Origin: Octopus vulgaris | Taxonomy: Eukaryota | DNA: 64,000 bases | NCBI GenBank assembly: GCA_951406725.2 | Contig: OX597838.1 | Span: forward strand, 26,164,001 to 26,228,000 | Reading direction: 5' to 3' | In this document: piece after piece, positions 53,559-64,000 of the stretch | Numbering within the stretch: the stretch's first letter is position 1 | How the letters are laid out: every line of letters begins with the position of its first letter | Notes under the pieces: model-generated | Databases searched by the model: none | Seen by the model: the letters and a program-made list of their open reading frames with translations, nothing else | What the model was told of the DNA's origin: nothing | Translations under genes and position numbers: made by a program

Positions 53559-53857
53559 GTTTGTTCCTTCTCGAGCCACGCCTGGCTCATAAGGGCCGGT
53601 TTCTCGGTTTCCTTGGCGTATAGGTTCCCCACCTGGACGGGACGCCGGTCCGTCGCAGGTGAGCTGCAAGATGCAGGAAGAAAGAGTGAGAGAAAGTTGT
53701 GGCGAAAGAGTCAGCAGAAGTTTGCCATTACCTACTGCCGGAGCCGTGTGGAGCTTAGGTGTTTCGCTCATAAACATATCGCACGGTCTGAGATTAGAAC
53801 CCGTGATCCTTCGACCGCGAGTCCGCTGCTCTAACCACTAGGCCATGTGCCTCCACA
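53559..53857 (-). mobile_element. SINE family C with 11-bp TSD
   Basis: TSD gttttggaatt at 53548-53558 and 53858-53868; matches 25991-26270. Confidence 0.92.
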
Positions 53858-54017
53858 GTTTTGGAATTAGTACCCCAAATATTGTACCTAAACATAAAGT
53901 CGAATTAGGGTCCTTTATTTCATTGCAAGAGCGGATACATCACGAATAAGGCACGTCTTAAAATTTGTGCCGATACAACAAAATTGATGGTATAGTTGAA
54001 ATTAATGCTCCCAAATA

Positions 54018-55604
54018 TTTGGTTGGCCAAAACGTTCGTTCAGTTTCTCAGGCGAAAATAAGACAATTTTGAACTCAAAGCGTTTTATTCAATCAATGAT
54101 GTAATTACCGTTTCGTTTCAGTATCTTTTGTCAGATTGTTGGCAGATCCATTATTCCCTGCTCAAACAATTTCACATATTGGATCTTTACCCTTTGAACG
54201 GCAGATCGAGAAATTAATTATTTTTTTTTAACTAAACACTTTCAAACTTCAAAAGGGAAAGATTTAACAGAAAAGGGACAAACGAAATATACACCGCCGG
54301 AAGTTGTCGTTTGTCAACAACCACAGTAATTTTATTCAGCTGAATACTCGTCATTGATTGGTTGAAATTACTGAAATACGACAACTTTAACACGAAATAA
54401 CTTTGAAATAACTTCTCAACTATACTAAGAGTAAAAGATGATTTATATGACGCATTCTACCAGTGTCCGAACTTTGAAAGTGTTTAGTTACAGAAAATTA
54501 ATTTCTCGATCTGCCGTTCAAAGGGAAAAGATCCCACATCTTTACTGGCGAAAAATTCTTCCGGGTGAAACTTCACATCCTCTTCAGCATTGTCCATTCA
54601 GTGCACTTTCAAGAGGCCGAAATATTGGGAATCTAAAGGCACAAGGTAGGGTGAGTATGGGAGGTTAGATTAAACTTCCCAGTCAAGCCTCAGTAACTTC
54701 TGTATCGTGATGAAAGCAATGCCCTTACGGTTAGCAAGAATTGGATACTTCTGGTCGATTGCTGCATTTAATTTGTCGAGCTGGTTAGGATACACGTCCG
54801 AGTTTATGGTCTTGTTCGTGGGAAGAAGCTCGCATAATACAATACCTTTCCAGTCCTAACAAATTGAAAACATAACCTTTTTCAGGTAAAGTCCTGCTTT
54901 GGAAGTTGTTTGTGGTGTTTCGCCTCGCTTCCCCTATTGCGATTCACATTATGACAGACGATCCAATTTTCCTCTCCTGTAGCCATTCTCTTCAAAAAAG
55001 GATCGTTTTCTCCACGTTTTTGCAACAAATTGCAGATGAGAAAAAAAAACCATTGGACGTAATTTACCTCATTAACCTGATGTGAGACCCAAATATCGAG
55101 CCTTCGGGATGTGACCAAGTTGACGCAGATGGTTTTCAACACTCGATGTGGACATCTGGATAGCATCTGTGACCATCCTGGTAGTATAAGAAGAGTTTGT
55201 GTCTAGTGTTAACTAACTCCTTCATTTTGTCACTGTTAATTTCAGTTGGTCGTCCAGAGCGAGGACTGAACAATTTCCCGACCGCTATCTTGAAAATCAC
55301 TTCTGGCTCGCGCGTTACACAACAGCATCCTTTCCGTAGACAACCCATATCTTCCTGGAAGATTCTGTCGTTTTCTTGCCCTTTTGTTTTTAAATAAAAG
55401 GCATGAGGTGTCAACAATGTCCGTTTTGGCTCTCCGTTTTAAGTGTTCTCAAGCAGACGTATTGCCTGTCTTGTCGCATGTTCGCGTCGAACTCCGTTGA
55501 GGTATCAAGTATCTGACGAGTGCGCATGTGCAAGGGAAAGGCTTATTAGAGCGCTTGAAGCTTAGTGTCGACAAAAAGCCAAATGGACAATTTGGTCAGC
55601 CCAA
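54018..55604 (-). mobile_element. Near full-length decayed mariner
   Basis: TA-flanked imperfect TIRs; SPRSGRP, DIWVSHQ, DPFLKRMATGEENWI and YSPYLVP motifs. Confidence 0.8.
54181..54534. mobile_element. MITE nested in the mariner
   Basis: 39-bp TIR ggatctttaccctttgaacggcagatcgagaaattaatt (one mismatch) plus inner 18-bp IR. Confidence 0.85.
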
Positions 55605-55871
55605 TACACCAAAGAATTGATTTTTCCTCCCACGGGCACGGACTTTTTTCTGACTAAGCGATAAAAGAAGCGGCGATTATTTAAAAATCAAAGTATTTTA
55701 TAGAAGAAAAACATGGCCAAAACCAAATGTGGTTGAGCGGGGAAAGGACCAGCGCCCATGAAATAGTTAAAAATGAAATCGGCAAAAGCTGTGTCGCGCA
55801 ATATAACCAGGAGAGACATCGATATGTGTGAATGGGAGTTGGTTTTTTTTTGCGCTGTGTGCATGTGTGTA

Positions 55872-55913
<42 letters not shown>

Positions 55914-55991
55914 CGAGAGAAAAAGTTTGATTGAGTTTTGTATGTATTTCTGTTGTGTGTGTGCGCGTTCGAGCGCTGTTGTGTATGTGTA

Positions 55992-56029
<38 letters not shown>

Positions 56030-56528
56030 TGTGTGTGTATGTGTGAGAAAGTGAGAGAGAGTTTGGTTGGGTTTTGTGTTTTTCTGTTGTGTGTGTGTGT
56101 GTGTGTATCTTTGTGTTATGTGTGTGTTTGTTGTATTGTGTGTGTATGCGTGTATGTTTGAGAGAGAGAGAGAGAGAGGGTTTGTTTTGTATTACGTGTG
56201 TGTTTGTTTGTTTGTTTTGTGTGATGCGTTGTGGGTGTTTATAACTAGCGCTTGTTGCAAATTAAGAAGTATAAATTAAAAAATCGTATATAAAAAAACG
56301 AGCAAGAGAAAAGAACAGTAAGAAAATAGAGAAAAAGAAATAGAGCGAAGAGGAAGAGCAGAAAGAAAAGAGGATGATAGAGAGAGTGGGAGAGAAAACA
56401 AAAGTAGAAAGAAAGGAAAGAGAATGGGGGAGGAGAAAGAGGAGGAGAATATGAACGTCAGAGAATATGGAGCGTGTGTGTATGGGAGAGCGAAGAGCGA
56501 GGGAAGGAGCGTTGGGAGAGGGAGAGAG

Positions 56529-56567
<39 letters not shown>

Positions 56568-57069
56568 ATGCGCGCACAGTGTATGGTTGTGTTTGTTTGA
56601 AGACCGTCCATTGAAATGACGTGACAACCGTAGCAGACGTTAACAAGAAAAGATTAAAAATGGCCACGGAATTAGAAGTACGGGATTAAGCGCGAAATCT
56701 TTTGAAGAATTCTCTTGTTTCTTAGTCTTTCTATGCAACAGGCGATGAAATTAAGTCGGCTAGGTTATTCGCATTCAATTTATTTGCTAACAAATATATG
56801 TGGACCGGCCATTCAATTTGATTAGGTCACGTGGTAGTCTTAGAAGACTTAATGGCTTTATCTTAATTTCCTTGGCTGGTATTGCGTGGGCGCCAGTCGG
56901 TGTTGTCATTGCTGTTGTTTAACCTTGTTATACAACAACAACAACAACAACAATTAACCACTACTGGACTGTTATTTTTTGTTGGATGTCCGGCCTCGTT
57001 AGCTCAAGTGGGTGTCAGTTATAGCAGACGATAACACCATGAAGCCGATTTCTCCTGAATACACAAACA

Positions 57070-57140
<71 letters not shown>

Positions 57141-57544
57141 TCACTCACAAACATACACATGCACAAACGCAAGCACATACAGGAGAGGGTTGTCCCGGAC
57201 GTAATGCATAGTAGGCATCTACTATAATAATAATCTTGTGTTTTTTTTTCTCCGTCACAACATATGAATGTGAAAGGAAGGGGTGATAGATGAATAAAGA
57301 AGGAAGGGGCGATGGTAAACTCTGTGTGAGTATATGTATGTGTGTGTATGTAAAAGGGAGGTATGTGAGCGTTTGTGCGTCTGTGCGTGTGCAATGGAGG
57401 TGGGATGGTGAACATTCAACGCTGAAAAGAAAAATCAAACAGCGTTTCAGTCGTGTGTAAGTATGTGAGTGTATGTGTATTCGTGTACAAGGGAAGTATG
57501 TGAATGTATGTGTGAACCAGCGTTCTTTCAATAACAATTTTTTT

Positions 57545-57960
57545 TTTACTTTTTACTTGCTTTCATCATTGGACTACGGCCATGCTGGAGCATCGCCTTG
57601 AAGGGTTCTTATTTGAACAAATTGACCACACTACTTATTTTTTTCTAAGTCTGGTGCTTATTCTATCAGCTCTTTTACTGTACGGCTACCTTACGGGATG
57701 CAAACAAACAAACGCCGGTTGTCAAGTGGTGGTTGGGCGACAAATACACACACACACACACATATATATATGTATATGTATATACACATGCAAACACAAA
57801 CATGGGGTTTCACACAGTTTCTGCTTATCAAATTCAATCGCAAGATATTGGTTGATATGGGGATATAGTAAAAGACACTTTCCCAATATGCCGCGAAATG
57901 GGACGGAACCCAAAACCACATGGTTGGAAAGCGAGCTTCATAACCACACACCCATACCTA
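57545..57960 (-). mobile_element. SINE family A, old copy
   Basis: ggccatgctggagcatcgcc...agacactttcccaa...gggacggaaccc. Confidence 0.75.
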
Positions 57961-57967
57961 CAACCAG

Positions 57968-57968
57968 T

Positions 57969-58036
<68 letters not shown>

Positions 58037-58210
58037 TCCTTCCTTCCTTCCTTCTTCCTTCCTTCTTTCTTTCTTTCCTTCCTTCCTTCCTTCCTTCCTT
58101 CCTTTCCTTCCTTCCTTCCTTCTTTCTTTCTTTCTTTCTTTCTTTCTTTCCTTACTTCCTTCCTTCTTTCTTTCTTTCTTTCTTTCTTTCCTTCCTTCCT
58201 TCCTTCCTTC

Positions 58211-58261
<51 letters not shown>

Positions 58262-58264
58262 TTT

Positions 58265-58290
<26 letters not shown>
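57968..58290. repeat. (CTTT/CCTT)n tetranucleotide tract
   Basis: Direct reading. Confidence 0.95.
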
Positions 58291-58295
<5 letters not shown>

Positions 58296-58762
58296 TCTTA
58301 CAAATTGCATAGAAGTAAGCTTTTTCAAACAAACAAACAAACAAACGAACAAACAAACAAAAAGATGAAAATAAAATGAAATCAAGCGGAAAAATCAAAA
58401 ATGGAGCAATTTTAAAATGATTAAAAAGAAAAGCGACATTGACACACAAAACAAATTATGAGAAATACGGGGAAAGTCTTTGTCATCGCCCTGATTGCGA
58501 TTTGGATGGTTTTCCTTCCTCCTCCTCCTCCTCCTCCTCCTCTTCCTTCTCCTCTTGCTCCCCAATTTTGTCTCCCACCCCCTTGATCACCTTGCAATTC
58601 ATTCAGGTCGCCTCTCTATGGTTCTCTCTCTTACATCCCACGTCATCATTCTTATTCTCACAGTAAATTAAGAATCCTATGGATGCCTTTTGCTTAATTA
58701 TTTTAATTAGCTTTATGGATGTAGTTGATCTTTTTGCTCCTCCCTTCTTCTCTCTCTCAATC

Positions 58763-58795
<33 letters not shown>

Positions 58796-59109
58796 CCGCA
58801 CTCCTTACTCCCTGTTTCCCCTCCTTTCTCTTCACATTTAAACATCACCTTTACCTTTAGCGTCCCTTCAGGTATTAATTCCTTCTACCTTTCCTCTACA
58901 CTTAGATCCCTTTCAGCTTCACTCTTACTCAGCCCCTTTTCTCTTTCTCTTTCACTCTCGCTCTCTGATTTCCCTTCGCTCCTCACAAATCCCCTACCTA
59001 ACTCATCCAACTGCAATTCTTTCGCCATTTTTTATATTCCTCTATTTCCGTTTCCATGCTGTAATGTACATTAGCGCGTCTTTAGAGAGTTCCAGTAAAA
59101 CACACACAC

Positions 59110-59148
<39 letters not shown>

Positions 59149-59258
59149 TACACATACATATTCACACATACATTCATACATACATACATTCATTCATACA
59201 TATATGCAAGTACATACATACATTCATTCATACACACAAACACCGACGTACGTACGTA

Positions 59259-59301
<43 letters not shown>

Positions 59302-59305
59302 TTGG

Positions 59306-59990
59306 TTAATGAAAGACGGAAATTGGAAGATACGAAAAATTTTATTAATCACTATAAGTGTTTCGACCCATCTAGGATCGATCCCTCACGGGAAAGAGTC
59401 TCAAGATGCCTACATGCATATAAATGCAATTTCGCACAATGCAGTGAGAATGAATTTGAGCGGCTATTAACATAATTCACCTTAAGATGAATTAAATTTA
59501 GCTCTAGCCTCGCCATTCTTACAAACACGAAGTAGCTACTTTTTCGCTATGTGAATGTATGTGTACCAAACCACTCGTGTGCATATGTCTACATCTTCGT
59601 GGATGTTTGTATGAGCGAGTGTACATGCGCCATACAACCTACGCGAGTGCGTTTATACATCCATATCCGTTAACGGTTATATTTAATACTTTTATTGCTA
59701 TATTGCGTGTTCGTTTCTTTTTTGCATGTTATTTTACTATTGATCTTCTACATAAATTAAGCCGTGTCCTTTAATTTGCTGCTTTTCTTTACACGAACTG
59801 AGAAGATACATTGCGGAACTGTTATTTTAACGAATTATATCTATTTATCACCCGAAGAGACACATCTACACCGCTGGCCAGAATCAGTTGTCATGTATCC
59901 CATCCGTGAAGGACCGATGCTAAACGGGTCGAAACAATTGTAGTGATTAATAAAAATTCTCGTATCTTCCATCTTCCGTCCCTCGTTAAA
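59306..59990. mobile_element. Element with about 90-bp imperfect inverted ends overlapping hammerhead 3' halves
   Basis: 59306-59392 is the reverse complement of 59901-59990 (gggtcgaaaca...tagtgattaataaaa.tt.tcgtatcttcca). Confidence 0.7.
59842..59952 (+). ncRNA. Type-I hammerhead motif, U4C core, long stem-II insertion
   Basis: tatttatcac CCGAAGA GAC [66 nt] GTC GAAA CAATTG TA gtgattaata (stem I 9/10 paired). Confidence 0.65.
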
Positions 59991-60070
59991 TTTAATACAT
60001 AACGAATGCTGTGAATGCGATCGTGTTTTACCAGTTAGCTACCAGGTATAAAACCATTCGTTTTGTTATC

Positions 60071-60179
<109 letters not shown>

Positions 60180-60217
60180 CATCTATCTATCTATCCATCT
60201 ATCTATCTATCTATCTA

Positions 60218-60468
60218 TGTTGATTCGCTAGCTTCTGCACGCATTTTTTTTCTCTCCTTGTTTCTCTCCGTGTTTCTTTTCTGTGTATCTTTCTGTTGAA
60301 GAGCGTAGGAAATCAACGTCGAAAGCGTCAAAGAGACTTGTTTTATTTATACTTCATGGCTTGAAGACACCAAAACAGAAATACTAAAAAGCCCGAATTG
60401 GCATCTTGTTTGTAATTCTAAAAATGCTTCGTCTTATAGTTATTTTCATAAAGCAACGCCGGGCGATA

Positions 60469-60470
<2 letters not shown>
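60218..60470 (+). mobile_element. Family F2 copy
   Basis: gttgatt.gctagcttctgcacgcattttt nearly identical to 15331 onward. Confidence 0.7.
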
Positions 60471-60534
<64 letters not shown>

Positions 60535-61210
60535 TTATTGAATAACAAGAGCACAACAATTACGTAACAATTACTTTACAGCTGTTTCTGCGACAGGAAA
60601 TAGCGCACTCAAAGCTGTACGCTCTGTACTCTTTTAACACTTTTTCCTCAAGCATATGTATATTGAGTTAGCTAAGTTTAAGCCAAATCACCTACACACA
60701 CGCGCTCGCACGCGCACGGACATATATGTGCATACATATACATAAATATATATGTGTGTTAACAAAAAAAAAAAACTGATGAGAAATAAATAAATGTAAA
60801 GTGCAGACGATCATTCAGTATAGACGGTGTCAGGATACTCTAACTTTAACTCTGAGGCTTTTATAAAATCAACAGAGGGCAGTTCTGTTTTAATGACGAA
60901 CTCAAAGGTGTTGAGTTATTGGGAAACATGCCAAGGAAAGAAAAGAATAAAAACTAAAAAAACGATTGGAAAAAGACTAAAATCTTTCTTTCTTTATAAA
61001 AAAATATATAAACAAATATTTTCAGAATTTATTTATATATTTTATCAGTATTTTAATGTTAATATGTGTGTTGCATCTTTCTGTATGTGTGCGTATATAT
61101 GTGTATGTGTATGCGTTGTCTGTAAGTAAATGAATCTATATAAACATGTGTGCATGAGGATGTCTGTATATGTATCTGCATATATGTATATACATGTACA
61201 TATGTTTACA

Positions 61211-61262
<52 letters not shown>

Positions 61263-61391
61263 AGTATATATGTATGTATGTATATATGTATGTATATAAA
61301 TATGTAAATATATATATGCATTTATATAAATATGTATATATATATATATACGCATATATGTGTATATGTATATATGTGTGTGTATTGTATG

Positions 61392-61428
<37 letters not shown>

Positions 61429-61616
61429 ATACATACCTATTTTTCCGTTTCATCGTATACACGTGTGTACATATGTATATGTATGTATATATATACATAT
61501 GTATATAAATAAATACATATATATATATATACATATATATATATATTATATATATATATAGATAGATATATATATATGTATATATATATACATATGTAGA
61601 CATATCTATATAGATA

Positions 61617-61657
<41 letters not shown>

Positions 61658-62199
61658 CAATATATACATATATATACATACATACACACACATATACATA
61701 TGTGTATTATGTATATACATATATACATACATATACATGCATGCATATATGTACGCATGTATATATGTTTACTAAGGAAACATTTTGATAAGCGAATACG
61801 TCGATCTTTCCGCGGGTTAAATATATTTCCTTGTCTTATTCACCGGCGTCCGGTCCACACTTCACAGCTGTTGTTTACAATATGTCTGACTTCGTCTCTA
61901 AACATCCGACGACAGTTTAAATTCAACGGATTCTTATTTCCTTCTCATTCTTCTACCGTTTGTTTATCTCTCATATCTTTTGCTCGCGTCTTTATTTTTT
62001 CCTCCATCGATTCATTTGCTATTTTTGTTTTAAGTGAAATAACACGGTATTGTTTGCAATATGGTCGTCCTCTCTCTTTCTCTTTTTTTCTCTCTCTCTC
62101 TCCCTCTTATTACACCGACGGACTTGGTCTATATCTCATTCTGACGCGCGTGCGCATTTGTGTATACGGGTGTATATATATATATATATAAGGGACAAA

Positions 62200-62213
62200 C
62201 AAACAGACAGACT

Positions 62214-62276
<63 letters not shown>

Positions 62277-62340
62277 TGACAGACAGACAGGCAGATAGAC
62301 AGGCGGATAGATAGACAGAGACATGTAGGTAGGTAGGTAA

Positions 62341-62421
<81 letters not shown>

Positions 62422-62515
62422 CAGACTGACAGACAGGCGGATAGATAGACAGACAGACAGGTAGGTATGTAGATAGATATAGATAGATAGACAGATAGAC
62501 AGGTAGGTAGGTATG

Positions 62516-62570
<55 letters not shown>

Positions 62571-62587
62571 GTAGGTAGGTAGGTAGG

Positions 62588-62622
<35 letters not shown>

Positions 62623-62623
62623 G

Positions 62624-62680
<57 letters not shown>
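62200..62680. repeat. (GATA/GACA/GGTA)n tract
   Basis: Direct reading. Confidence 0.95.
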
Positions 62681-62910
62681 CTCATATTTTTTCGGGTCGT
62701 TTCCTTCCATCTCTCTACAACACCATATTCCACCTTTTCCTACCGAATCTGCGATGGCTCTATACGGAGAGGATGCTTCACATTTCTTTCGTCTTCAACA
62801 CTAATGAGTATACTTGACCTACGAAACGTTAATTAATCCTTGAAGCAATTTTAATTAGATATTCAATATTCATTTTAATATCTACCACCGTTAATTGTAT
62901 TGTTCTTCAT

Positions 62911-62943
<33 letters not shown>

Positions 62944-62984
62944 AAGAATGCATGTACATATGTGTATGTGTGTGTGTGTGTGTA

Positions 62985-63211
62985 CTCTTTTACTTGTTTC
63001 AGTCATGTTGACTGTGGCCATGCTGGAGCACCACCTTTTAGTCGAACAAATCGACCCCAGAACTTATTGTGTGTAAGCGTAGTACTTATTCTATCGGACT
63101 CTTTTGCCAAACCGCTAAGTTACGGGGACGTAAACACACCACCATCGGTTGGCAAGCGATGGTGGGAGGGGCGACAAACACAGGTACACAAAATTATACA
63201 CACACACACAC

Positions 63212-63252
<41 letters not shown>

Positions 63253-63413
63253 CGACGGGCTTCTTTCAGTTTCCGTCTATTAAATTTACTCACAAAGCTT
63301 TGGTTGGCCTGAGGCAATAGTAGAAGACACTTACCCAAGGTGCCACGCAGTGGGACTAAATCCAGAACCATGTGGTTGGGAAGTAAGCTACTTACCACAC
63401 AGCCACTCCTGGG
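62985..63413 (-). mobile_element. SINE family A, full length
   Basis: Head and tail match other copies. Confidence 0.9.
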
Positions 63414-63653
63414 CCTATATGTGCGTATATATAAAGGTATACTTCAGTTTACGTTGGGAATCTGTTTCCAGATATGCGACTTAACTCGAAAAGAGGCATA
63501 ATTTGAAGAAACATTTTGCACAAAATATTAGCCTGCTAGTAAGACCTGTGTAAATTCCACGGAATGGAAAAAAATTAAGAGGACCTATTTAAGAAGGACA
63601 GGTTGATTTGCATTTTTATAGCATTCTTAGTTTAGCTTTCTTTAAATATCCTT

Positions 63654-63980
63654 TATGGCTCAGTGGTTAGAGCGTCGAGCTTACGATCGTGAGGTTGTGT
63701 GCTCGAATCCCGGACCGGGCTGCGTGTTGTGTTCTTGAGCAAGACACTTTATTTCACGTGCTCCAGTTAACTCAGCTGTAGAAACGAGTTGCGATGTCAC
63801 AGGTGCCAAGCTGTATCGACCTTTGTCTTTCCATTGAATAACACTGGTGGCGTGGAGAGGGGAGGCCGGTATGCATGGGCGACTGCTGGTCTTCCATAAA
63901 CCACCTTGCCCAGACTTATGACTAGGAGGGTAACTTTCTAGGTGCAATCCCATGGTCAGTGTCGTGACCGACGGGGGTCC
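63654..63980 (+). mobile_element. SINE family D
   Basis: Matches 27705-28033. Confidence 0.9.
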
Positions 63981-64000
63981 CCTGATATCTACATTCATTT

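Noticed and set aside
60571-60615. TGCG/CGCA-GAAA-CAGCTG-TA on the minus strand
   Set aside because: No recognisable CUGANGA segment.
62793-62845. CTAATGA-GTA...TAC-GAAA motif
   Set aside because: G5A change and ill-defined stem III; too degenerate.

Overview
This is repeat-saturated, AT-rich eukaryotic intergenic or intronic DNA. The SINE families and extreme microsatellite load point to an octopus or other coleoid cephalopod (inference). No intact host gene is recognisable, and nearly all ORFs in the track are translations of simple repeats. Contents: about 35 tRNA-derived SINE copies from at least 5 families, several with clear TSDs; decayed LINE fragments (R4/Dong-like x4, CR1-like x2, RTE-like x2); a Penelope-like GIY-YIG tail; mariner remnants; and MITEs. 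The most interesting signal is a dense set of minimal type-I hammerhead-ribozyme-like motifs (YYGANRA-stem II-GAAA-palindromic stem III-UH) in short, mostly (TA)n-anchored elements from several unrelated families. They show recurrent core variants (CCGANGA, UUGANAA), and three long palindromic elements carry such a motif, or its 3' half, reading outward in each arm. A second oddity is one SINE family that appears to insert repeatedly into older copies of itself at one fixed site. All structures were parsed by eye; no folding or database search was run.
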